From assembly GCA_016840085.1 (NCBI GenBank), contig JAEOTA010000081.1, positions 64,001-128,000 of the forward strand: a stretch of DNA of 64,000 bases, given 5' to 3'. The notes under the pieces were generated by a model. It did no database searches. It worked only from the letters and a program-made list of their open reading frames with translations, and was not told the origin of the DNA. Source of the stretch: Promethearchaeota archaeon. Its GTDB lineage: Archaea > Asgardarchaeota > Lokiarchaeia > Sigyniarchaeales > SOKP01. Of this stretch, positions 29,665 through 39,066 are shown piece by piece (the stretch's first letter is position 1; each line of letters begins with the position of its first letter). The position numbers and the translations under genes are program-made.

Positions 29665-30876
29665 TTATTGATATAATCGTTCAAAATTTTTAATATTTTT
29701 TTTCCATAGGAATTTAGCTTGTATTTTATCCAGACTATTTTTTATAAATTGATTTCTTAAATCTTCATCTCGTAACAGTTTTTTTATTGATCGTGCATAG
29801 CATATGTAATTTTCTGTTTCACATAAAAGTCCATTTTTTAAATGATTTATTAAATCTCTTGTACCCGCTATATTACTGGTAACTATTGGAACTTGAAAAA
29901 CCATTGCTTCCATTAAGACACCAGCTAAACCTTCTCCTCTACTTGGAAGAAAAAATATATCTGCATGCCCATAAAAATTATGAACATCAAGTCTATTCCC
30001 TACAAATAAAATTATTTCTCCTAATCCTAATGTTGAAGCTTTCTGGATTGATCTTTTCCGCTCTGGACCATCTCCTATCAATATAAACTTAATATTCTCA
30101 TTTTTTAGTAATTTAGCAGTTTTTAAAATTAAATCAATCCCTTTCCTTTTATTAAGGAGTCCAATAAACAAAATTATTTTTTCATTTTTAAGAATGTTAA
30201 AAATCTCCTTTATATTTTTATCAGGCGTTTTTGGTGTTAAATCAATTCCAGTAGGGGTAATTCTGATTTTTCTTTTAGGAACTCCTGCTTTATCAGCATA
30301 TTTAATTAAGGATCTTCCATAAACTGTGATATAATTAGAAGCAATAAAAACAAGTTTACCTAATATTTTAAAGAAAATTTTAAAGAAGACATCTAATTTT
30401 GATGATACTTTAAAGGAATAAGACGGAATAGTATCCATTGTGAGAACTAATTTTTTTTTTTTAAAGAATAAGAGTTTTAGTAAGCAAATTATAAATGTAT
30501 TTGGATAGAATGGTACCCAAGCATGAATTATATCATTTTCTTTTAAGATTTTCCAACATTTTTTAAAAAATTCCAAATTGGTGGGGATAGGCCAAGAATA
30601 TCCTGAAGATTTTGTCCAAACCGGGTAAGTTATTAGATTAATTCCCTTAAAATCGTCGTAGTGTCTTGAATCTTTTTTTTTTAATTCTTTTTTTTTTCTT
30701 GGAGTAAAAACTGATACAATATATCTTTTTTTTTTTAAATTATTCATGATATAAGAAATTGGTCTCTTTGTATTAATACCAGGGTTTATATAACAAATTC
30801 TTTTGTATTGTCTACTCATAAATAAGGAAAAGAAGTATGAAATTTTTAAATTACTTTTTTTTACAAAAATTTTCAT
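29665..30876 (-). CDS. GT4 glycosyltransferase
   Basis: RKG, GDGPE and LPSRGEGLAGVLMEAM motifs. The start may be the downstream ATG (MSRQYK). Confidence 0.9.
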   Translation of the reverse strand: MKIFVKKSNLKISYFFSLFMSRQYKRICYINPGINTKRPISYIMNNLKKKRYIVSVFTPRKKKELKKKDSRHYDDFKGINLITYPVWTKSSGYSWPIPTNLEFFKKCWKILKENDIIHAWVPFYPNTFIICLLKLLFFKKKKLVLTMDTIPSYSFKVSSKLDVFFKIFFKILGKLVFIASNYITVYGRSLIKYADKAGVPKRKIRITPTGIDLTPKTPDKNIKEIFNILKNEKIILFIGLLNKRKGIDLILKTAKLLKNENIKFILIGDGPERKRSIQKASTLGLGEIILFVGNRLDVHNFYGHADIFFLPSRGEGLAGVLMEAMVFQVPIVTSNIAGTRDLINHLKNGLLCETENYICYARSIKKLLRDEDLRNQFIKNSLDKIQAKFLWKKNIKNFERLYQ

Positions 30877-31122
30877 TAAATTAGTCTTAAAATAACTAAT
30901 ACTATAAGCTAATTAAAAAGAATGATTGTAGGATATATCTCCTTGAGTTTACAAAATATTAAAAGGCATAAGTTGTTATTGAGACAGTTATATAAATATA
31001 TAATTAATAAAGTACTAATTTTTTATATTACGTAATTTTTTAACACATATCGAAGTTTTATTAATAATTAGATTTAAATTTAATAATAGAAACTGATTTT
31101 AATACATCTAGGAGTATTCATT

Positions 31123-31959
31123 TTGAAAACATCAACATCTTCTAAAAATTTGAAATATACTACGAAGAAAAATACACCTAAATCTCTTGATACAAAATAC
31201 CTTTTTCCAGGCTTAAAAATAGGTGTAATAATACCAGCATATAATGAAGAATTGAATATAGGAAAAACCCTTGAAGAAATCCCCCATAATTTATCTGAAA
31301 AATTTGATGTTATAGTAGTCGATGATGGATCCGCCGATAAAACTAGCGAAGTTGCTAATCAGCATAATATCACTTTAATTAAGCACTCTCAAAACAGAGG
31401 ATATGGGGCTGCAGTTACAACAGGATTAAATTATTGCAAGAAAGATAAATTTGATGTGATAGTTATACTTGATGCTGATGGCCAACATCCTCCTAGGTAT
31501 ATTAAAGATTTTATAAAACCTATTATTGAAAATAATGTAGAGTTTGTCATTGGAAATCGTTTTAAATATTATTATGATATGAACAGCTTTAAGAAACTTT
31601 CAGTTAAAATTATGACTGCCTTTTATATGGTATTTTTTCAAAGAAAAGTAATGGATCCTACTAATGGATATAGATCATTGTCTTCAAAAATAATAGAAAA
31701 TTTAGAACTTGAATCTGTATATTCCATATCACAAGAGATGCTTTTCAAAATTATTCCTTTCTACAAATATAAAGAAATTCCTATTATTGTTAGACAAAGG
31801 AACCACGGGAAATCTTTTATAAAAATGAGAAATTATTTACTCAAAATAATATTACTATTCTTAAAATTTTACATTTTCCCAAAAATTAAAAAAATCACTC
31901 ATAAATTTTTAAGTGGAGATTTCAGACAGAGAGTTAAAAAATATTATCTGAGAACTTAA
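31123..31959 (+). CDS. GT2 glycosyltransferase, DPM1-like (polyprenol-phosphate sugar synthase)
   Basis: IPAYNEE, VDDGSAD, NRGYG, DADGQH and DPTNGYR motifs; GGAG SD before the TTG start. Confidence 0.9.
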   Translation: MKTSTSSKNLKYTTKKNTPKSLDTKYLFPGLKIGVIIPAYNEELNIGKTLEEIPHNLSEKFDVIVVDDGSADKTSEVANQHNITLIKHSQNRGYGAAVTTGLNYCKKDKFDVIVILDADGQHPPRYIKDFIKPIIENNVEFVIGNRFKYYYDMNSFKKLSVKIMTAFYMVFFQRKVMDPTNGYRSLSSKIIENLELESVYSISQEMLFKIIPFYKYKEIPIIVRQRNHGKSFIKMRNYLLKIILLFLKFYIFPKIKKITHKFLSGDFRQRVKKYYLRT

Positions 31960-32338
31960 ATCTTTCTAATTCTATAATTTGAAGTTATGAAGGTAATAAT
32001 AATTTTCTGAACCTCTTATCTTCTTTTAAATACAATTAAACTGCCAAAAAACGAGGTAAGGTTTCTAAATCAATAAAATTAAAATTATCTTTATATTCAA
32101 CCATATTAAGAAAAATCTTCAATGGGGTTAAGTCCTATAATTCTAAAAAATGATTAATTATTGTAGAGATAAGTAGGGAAATATCTTAAAAACGTAAATT
32201 TTCTAACTTAAAAACGTGTTAATATATTGTATAATTTTAGATTAGATAATTGGTTTAGGATTTGAATAATACTTGAATTTTTGTTAATTAATTTCTTGAA
32301 ATTTTTCCAAATCTTTTTTATATTATGACAATAATACA

Positions 32339-32562
32339 ACTTGCAAATGATTAATGATTATGGGGATGCCAATCTTGGGTTAAAACAACTAAGGAATTGC
32401 TGTTTTTGAAAATCTCAGCAACGACATTAATACCATCTATTATTAGATCTCATTCCTCAACCGGTAATGAGCCTTCTGGTAAAAATCATTTTGAATATCA
32501 ACAATTATTAATGCGTCTTTATCATCAATCTTAATATCTTTTTCAAATTCTAATTGTTCCAT
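32339..32562 (-). pseudogene. pncA: Nicotinamidase/pyrazinamidase pseudogene (frameshift, stops, 3' truncation)
   Basis: Reads MEQLEFEKDIKIDDKDALIIVDIQNDF / frameshift / LPEGSLPVEE*DLIIDGIN...VVLTQDWHPHNH*SFAS, which are the PncA motifs. Confidence 0.85.
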
Positions 32563-32614
32563 GATATATCCAAATTTTGAGGTCGTATTGAATTCTAATA
32601 CCATCTAATAATAA

Positions 32615-33286
32615 TTAAATTTTTTTATATAACAAATAGCTTGAATTAAATAAATACCAAAATAGTATGGAAAAAATCACGATCCATTCAGTAGTAGGCA
32701 AAATAGTGAATATTGCTCGACCAAGAGAGTAACATATATTAATATAAAGATTGCAATAATTTGTTATAAAAAATGGTATTAAATAAAATACAAAAATCCC
32801 TGCTACGATAAATCCAACATATGCTGCGAGTTTTGAAAATTCTGTATTTTTTAACATAGCAATACTAAAAAGTGTACAAAAAATTGCACCACCTACCCAT
32901 GAAAATAGAGCAAATAAACCATGTACATCTGAAAAAATCCCACCAGAAAAAGATGCTGTGAGTATAGCACTCACAGAAGAAAAAATCCCAGTTATAATAG
33001 CGCTTTTTCTTAAATTCTCATTTACATTTTCATGTTGTATGGCTCTTCCCATGTAAATTATAAAAGGAATTGAAAATGATGAAGAAATTATAATTCCTAA
33101 TCTCAAATATATTCCGCCAGTTTTACCTCCCAATACACTTATTGATTTCTTCCACATTATATATTCAGGAGATAGAAAAAGTGCAATAATATCTCCACAA
33201 AATCCAATAATAAATGTTAGCAATCCAAAAATGTATCCGGGTAAGAAATTAAAGAGCTTATCAAAAAATTTATTTACTTTTTTCAT
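32615..33286 (-). CDS. DUF998-like membrane protein
   Basis: Five to six TM segments; ISVLG motif, conserved H in HGLFA, EW near the C-terminus. Confidence 0.6.
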   Translation of the reverse strand: MKKVNKFFDKLFNFLPGYIFGLLTFIIGFCGDIIALFLSPEYIMWKKSISVLGGKTGGIYLRLGIIISSSFSIPFIIYMGRAIQHENVNENLRKSAIITGIFSSVSAILTASFSGGIFSDVHGLFALFSWVGGAIFCTLFSIAMLKNTEFSKLAAYVGFIVAGIFVFYLIPFFITNYCNLYINICYSLGRAIFTILPTTEWIVIFSILFWYLFNSSYLLYKKI

Positions 33287-33325
33287 ACTAATTATTCTAT
33301 ATTTTATGATTTAAAAAAATTTATT

Positions 33326-33598
33326 AATAACTTGAAAAATGTGGGTACAAAGAGTAATTTGATTTCATAAAATTAGAAATAAACTTTTTATTATTCTCTA
33401 ACTCAAGATACATCTTTTTAACACTAATTAGGTTTTTTCACTTCTGAATTCGAATCCTCGAATAGTATTAAATAAGGTTGGTTGAGGTAAGGAGGAATAT
33501 AGGCCTTTTCCTTCTATTGTAAATATTCCACTATCTATTACTTCTTTATCATCTACACAATCTCTTAAAAGCTGTATAATTTTTTGAAATATTGGCAT
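33326..33598 (-). pseudogene. Fragment of a roadblock-like domain gene, frameshifted in an A6 run
   Basis: Reads IDSGIFTIEGKGLYSSLP...RSEK; adding one A continues NLISVKKMYLELENNKKFISNF. The family call is tentative. Confidence 0.4.
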
Positions 33599-33905
33599 AG
33601 ATGGAAAATTAATCAGTGTCAGAAATAAGTAGAATTTTTTGCAAATTAATTTTTTTGCTAAGCACAAAAAAAGCGATATCTAAATTCAAAATCTTCAAAA
33701 AATTTTTATATAAGGTTACTTTCTGATTCATTTAAAATTCTTCAGTTTTATATGAGAACCGATTTTAACAAATTTCTATTTATTAAATCTTTTATGGATA
33801 GTTTATGTATATAATGCTTAATATTTAGTGTTGAGTTATTACAGAGTACTTAAAATAGTATTAAAACATTATCAAAAATCAAATAAACCTTAAATAAATT
33901 ATAAA

Positions 33906-35378
33906 ATGCTAAATAAAACTCATAAAATTGAATTTATTCACTATATTTATTTAGGTTATTTTATCTTACTTTCAATTGTTGTGCTTTTTCCTTTAGAATT
34001 TATTCTTGTTTTATTACCTGACGATAGCTATTATTATTTCGAAATAGCCAAGAATGTAGCATTAAAAGGGGAATCCACATTCGATACAATTAATAAAACT
34101 AACGGCTTTCAACCATTATGGTTGATTTTATTAGTGCTAATATTCTTTTTTAAATTAGATTTAGTTCTAACTATTAGAATTATCATTCTATTTTCTGGAA
34201 TCATTCTTTTCATTACTTTAATTTTCATAAAGAGATTAGTTAAATTATTATTTGATAATAAAACTGCTGAATTCTGTGTAATGCTTTATGCTTTCAATCC
34301 TTTATATATTGTTCTAAATTTAGATGGGACTGAAGCAGCTTTAAATGGTCTTCTTTTATCTGGGCTGTTTTACTATGCATTCAAAACTAATTTTGAAAAT
34401 ATGAATGAAAAGGATTTTTTAATCTTTGGTTTTCTTCTTTCTTTATCTTTTTTGACAAGGACAGATAATATAATATTAATATCGTGTATTATTAGCTTTG
34501 TAACTTTCTCTGGAATGATTGAAATTAGAAGAGAAAACTTAAAAAATCTCTTTTATTTTACTCTTGCTCTTTCCCCCTTGCCTTTAATTTACATTTCCTG
34601 GAATTTAATTAATTTTAATCATTTTTTACCTATTAGTGGTGTTGTATTTGGTATATCATTTACTTCAGTATTAATTTATCAGATGGTAATCGTAATAATC
34701 TGCTCTACTTTGGGTTTAATATGTAGAAAACGTGAATATAGCGAAAAAGCACTTAAAATATTAATTCTATTAATTATAGCACCAATCCTACATCTTTCTT
34801 ATTATTTATATAATGAAATTGCGGGTCATGGAAGATTTGCTGAATGGTATTTTGTCTTACCATTCATTTGTTTAACGATTTTTGCTTCATTTGCATTAAT
34901 TAGTATTTTTAGAAAGATAACGCTCTATTCAAAATCTTCAGATATTAAAAGACGTAATATTAAAATAAGGGCTCTTCAACTTACTTCTATTTCTCTTCTA
35001 TTTATTATTTTTGTTCCACTCATCGCGGGGGGTAGAATTGACAATGGAGCCAGATATCACGCATCAATATGGATAAATGAAAATACTCCTGAGGATTCTA
35101 TTATTGCATCTGCTAATGCTGGTTGTTTGGGTTATTTTACAGATCGACCACTCATCGAAATAGGTGGTCTTGTAAATAGTTATGAATTTTTCGAAAAATA
35201 CAAAGGTAATAAAACCGCTTTTTTAATTGAAGGAGATTACGATTATTATTTAGACAGAAAAATGTATATCCCTCTTTCAAATGCTAAAATGGAAGAATTA
35301 GGTTTGATATTGGTTAAAGAAATTGAAGAACCAAGGAGAGAGGGATGGAATATTGAAATTTGGCATAATCCAAGTTAA
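33906..35378 (+). CDS. GT-C-fold (PMT/ArnT-like) membrane glycosyltransferase
   Basis: DDSYYY...G.STFD....TNGFQPLW loop after TM1; GTE and TRTD motifs; C-terminal WINENTPEDSIIAS. Confidence 0.75.
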   Translation: MLNKTHKIEFIHYIYLGYFILLSIVVLFPLEFILVLLPDDSYYYFEIAKNVALKGESTFDTINKTNGFQPLWLILLVLIFFFKLDLVLTIRIIILFSGIILFITLIFIKRLVKLLFDNKTAEFCVMLYAFNPLYIVLNLDGTEAALNGLLLSGLFYYAFKTNFENMNEKDFLIFGFLLSLSFLTRTDNIILISCIISFVTFSGMIEIRRENLKNLFYFTLALSPLPLIYISWNLINFNHFLPISGVVFGISFTSVLIYQMVIVIICSTLGLICRKREYSEKALKILILLIIAPILHLSYYLYNEIAGHGRFAEWYFVLPFICLTIFASFALISIFRKITLYSKSSDIKRRNIKIRALQLTSISLLFIIFVPLIAGGRIDNGARYHASIWINENTPEDSIIASANAGCLGYFTDRPLIEIGGLVNSYEFFEKYKGNKTAFLIEGDYDYYLDRKMYIPLSNAKMEELGLILVKEIEEPRREGWNIEIWHNPS

Positions 35379-35601
35379 TATTTTTTATATTGAATTTTTT
35401 TTTAAAAAAAAATCACTTTAAGAAATAGAATTATTATTAACATAGGCTTAGAGCCTTGTAGTGTTTTTATTATTTTGATGCTAAATTAAAAAGTGGGATT
35501 GTTCTTTTTTGTTAATTGTTATAAAAAATACTTTAATACATGTAAAAAAGATATTCATAAGCATTACAAAAAAAAGTTTCTTAACTTATTTTTTCTTAAA
35601 T

Positions 35602-35628
35602 TCTTCAAATCGTAAATTTAATTTGAAA
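35602..35628. repeat. Recurring intergenic inverted-repeat motif, copy 2
   Basis: tcttcaaatcgtaaatttaatttgaaa, one mismatch to 25351-25377. Confidence 0.7.
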
Positions 35629-35754
35629 TTCAAATTTTTTTTTTTTATCTCCCAGCACTTTCTAAAAAAATCCATAAAAATCTCTCTGGATACACAAATA
35701 TTTTGTATAGTAAAAATATAGAAACTTATTTTACTATACACTAAGTATATTGCT

Positions 35755-36588
35755 TTGAAAACGTTGTTACCATCCCAGAAATCAAGTTATGATTCCACAA
35801 ATACAAATAGAAAGGGTCAATATTAAAGTTATCTTTTTCCTGATCTAAAAGTTGGTGTAGTAATTCCTACACATAATGAAGAATTGAATATAAGGAAGAC
35901 AATAGAACGTATTCCAAATAATATTTCTAATAAAATGGAAATTATAGTAGTAGACGATGGTTCTGTTGATAATACGTATCAAGTCGCCAGAAAATATGAT
36001 GTACATATTATTAGACATCCTAAAAATAGAGGTAATGGAGCTGCTACAAAAACAGGATTACATTCTTGTAAAAAAAGAAACTGTGATGTTGCAGTTATAT
36101 TAGATGCTGATGGACAACATGATCCGAAGTATCTTAGTGATTTTATTAAACCAATTATAGAAGATACTATTGATTTTGTTATTGGAAACCGATTTAAATA
36201 TCATTATAATATGAATGCATATCGAAAATTTTGTTCAAAATTAATGACTGCTTTTTATTTCCTATTTCTTCGAAAAAAAATATCTGATCCTACTAATGGG
36301 TATCGAGCATTATCCTCAAAGATAATAAATAAAATAGAATTTGAATCAGAATACTCTTTGACTCAAGAGATGCTATTTAAAATTATTCCTAAATACAATT
36401 TCAAAGAAATTCCCGTTGAGGTAGAACAAAGAAAATATGGTCATTCTTTTTTAAAATTAAAAAATTATTTCACTAAAATTATTCTATTCTTCATAAAATA
36501 TTATATCTTTCCTAAAATCACATGGATTACCCATAGATTATTAAGTAAAGAGACTAGAGTCAGAATGGGAAATATTTTAAAAACTTAG
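35755..36588 (+). pseudogene. DPM1-like GT2, paralog of 31123-31959, with an in-frame TAA at codon 24
   Basis: TTG 35755 gives MKT...QY*SYLFPDLKVGVVIPTHNEE, colinear with the paralog (YLFP at residue 26 in both). TAA at 35824-35826; the rest is intact. Confidence 0.7.
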
Positions 36589-36664
36589 AACTGAGCATTG
36601 ATATAAGATTATTATAAGACCAAGAAGAAATTAGTGTTTAAATATGTTTGTGAAATAAATCTTT

Positions 36665-38950
36665 TTAAATAACCCAATAGAGTGGATTTTCTTGTCCATA
36701 TTCATTCTTTGCTGAATATATCTTATTTAAATAAGATAAACTATAATATCTCTCGATTTCTTCATTTGTTAAGTGACCATATACTTCCCACCCTATAACC
36801 AAATAATATTTATTATCTAATGTTATATAAACATCAGAATCATATTTATTTTTTAGTTCTTGTAATATATTAAACCCAGTTTCATTAAAGTGATTATCAG
36901 GTGGAAATAAATTTAATTCATGCCTTAAAAAATAATGAATTTCATTACATTGTAGCTCTCGGGTATTGTTATCATAAGGATAATCATAAAAGATAAATAT
37001 ATAATTGAATCCAAATTCAGTAATTATTACACTTTTTTTATAATTATTTTCTGAATACCACTTAATACCGCTTACTTCCTGCTGTTTCAAACTAACATCA
37101 TTTATAGTAAAAAATTCATGTATATAAGAAGAAAATAATGAAAAAGTAATAAAAACAATAAAAAATAATTTAATTCTCTTTCTCCTGATTTTATCTATTC
37201 TTATAAGTTTATGAATATAGGCTCCATATCCTATAGCTATTATTGGAGAGGACATATAAAATATTCTTACAAAATACATTTGACTTGGAAATATCATGTC
37301 AAAAATTAGCACTACTATTAACATTAACATTAGAATTAAGCCCCAAATTAATAATACTTTACCTTTAGGTTTTTTTTGAAATAAAATTAATCCCCAAATT
37401 CCAAAAATAATAATAAAAAAAAGTTCAATTACTACAAAGATAGTTGTCAGTATTAATTTAAAGAGAAATAAATTACCAATAATAAACATAGTAACTATAA
37501 TTATTACAATAATAATTGAAATAGGGATAATAAACTTATCTTCAATTTTCTTATAGATATTAGATTTTTCTCCTATAATTGTTGCCTCATATCTTCCATT
37601 CGTAAAAATAATTGATTTTTTTATCCTCCAAATTAATAAGCTCAGTGGTAACACTAAAATACATGCTAGAAAAACAAATTCTTTCCAATATGTTACAATT
37701 TTATTTAAAAACCAAAAATGCTCAGATCCAAAGCCAAAATTATAAAGAATTATAAAAACTATTGATAATATCGACAATAATATAAAATCTATGCCTCTCT
37801 TAATATCTTTAATAAAATAAATGAAATAAATCCACATAAAGGATATTAGTAATAATATTGTGGTAAGTGAATGAGTAAGCGTAGCACTAATAAATACTAT
37901 TATTATTAAGGAGTAATAAAATAAAATATCTTTAAACAAAATATTTCTTGTTGGTCTGTTTAATTGAACTAAAGTTATTATTCGTGAATAAAAAAGATAA
38001 AAAATAAATAAACCTTGTATTAATGCTAAACTCGATGGCCAGTATTGATACATCATATAATTAAACCCCACATAAGAAAACTCTAAAATAAATACCCCAA
38101 ACAAAGCTAGATTTTTATTTTTGAAAATTTTCACTAGTAAATTATAAAAAACTAACGCAGACAATAAAATTGTATAAAATGTGAAATATTTGGGAATTAA
38201 GATTACATCTAAACCTGAGAAAAAATGAAATATCGAACTAAATATGTGGAATCCTAAGCTGCCATAATATTCATTTAAAGGTAAAATATTCATTTCTGAT
38301 ATCATTTTGATAATTGTGATATGTAACCAAGGATCTGTTCCATAAAAAAAGTCAAATCTTACAACATTTAAAATACAATTCAATATTAAGAAAATAATTA
38401 ATAAAACACAATTTAGATGAATTTTACTTTTTATCAACTTTAATATTGAAAAATCTTTCCCTATGAAATCTATTGGTAATAAAGATTTATAAGATCCAAA
38501 TAATTTGTATCTCCGTGTTTTAATTTCAGCTATAATTATATATGAAAATATTGAAAAAAAGACAATAGTTGTAAAATAATAAATAAAAATTCCTGTTATT
38601 TTATTTATTATAAAGAAACTAATATATCCTAATAAGATATAATATGATAAATTAATAATTAACGTAAAACTTAATTTTTCTAAAATAGTAAAACTTTTTT
38701 TCTTAAATATTATAAAAAAGATAGGATAACTAGGTATAAATAGAATGTAGTAAATAGAACTCAAGAGAACTAAAGAGTTAAACAAGAAGTTTAAAAAAGG
38801 AATATTATTAGTCCCTATTATACCATTTAAATTAAGCAATTTGAATAAAATCAATAATGCAGAAAATAAGGAAAAAAGAAAACTAATAAAAACTACTCTT
38901 GCTTTCAAAAAAAAGAGAATTTTAAAAAAAAATATTTTCCAATTTTTCAT
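36665..38950 (-). CDS. Polytopic membrane protein, probable GT-C-fold glycosyltransferase (paralog of 11075-13360)
   Basis: Shares GTDPWLH, ILEFS, QYWPS, LFQKKP.GK, LFPP.NH and PLYWVI with the paralog. Confidence 0.6.
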   Translation of the reverse strand: MKNWKIFFFKILFFLKARVVFISFLFSLFSALLILFKLLNLNGIIGTNNIPFLNFLFNSLVLLSSIYYILFIPSYPIFFIIFKKKSFTILEKLSFTLIINLSYYILLGYISFFIINKITGIFIYYFTTIVFFSIFSYIIIAEIKTRRYKLFGSYKSLLPIDFIGKDFSILKLIKSKIHLNCVLLIIFLILNCILNVVRFDFFYGTDPWLHITIIKMISEMNILPLNEYYGSLGFHIFSSIFHFFSGLDVILIPKYFTFYTILLSALVFYNLLVKIFKNKNLALFGVFILEFSYVGFNYMMYQYWPSSLALIQGLFIFYLFYSRIITLVQLNRPTRNILFKDILFYYSLIIIVFISATLTHSLTTILLLISFMWIYFIYFIKDIKRGIDFILLSILSIVFIILYNFGFGSEHFWFLNKIVTYWKEFVFLACILVLPLSLLIWRIKKSIIFTNGRYEATIIGEKSNIYKKIEDKFIIPISIIIVIIIVTMFIIGNLFLFKLILTTIFVVIELFFIIIFGIWGLILFQKKPKGKVLLIWGLILMLMLIVVLIFDMIFPSQMYFVRIFYMSSPIIAIGYGAYIHKLIRIDKIRRKRIKLFFIVFITFSLFSSYIHEFFTINDVSLKQQEVSGIKWYSENNYKKSVIITEFGFNYIFIFYDYPYDNNTRELQCNEIHYFLRHELNLFPPDNHFNETGFNILQELKNKYDSDVYITLDNKYYLVIGWEVYGHLTNEEIERYYSLSYLNKIYSAKNEYGQENPLYWVI

Positions 38951-39066
38951 TAGTTTGAGTAATTTTAATTCAATTATAAGTCTGTGTACTTTCTAAGAAA
39001 TAAAATTTTAGTCAATATTTAATTCTAATATTTCGTTTTTTAGAATTATTTAATGTTATTTTCTGA

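Noticed and set aside
31960-32330. Possible gene remnant on the minus strand (DLTPLKIFLNMVEYKDNF...)
   Set aside because: No recognisable family; too short to support.
32339-35826. Stop-codon recoding (Sec/Pyl or alternative code) to explain the in-frame stops
   Set aside because: Most of the internal stops are TAA, the normal terminator of genes here, and pncA also has a frameshift and truncation.
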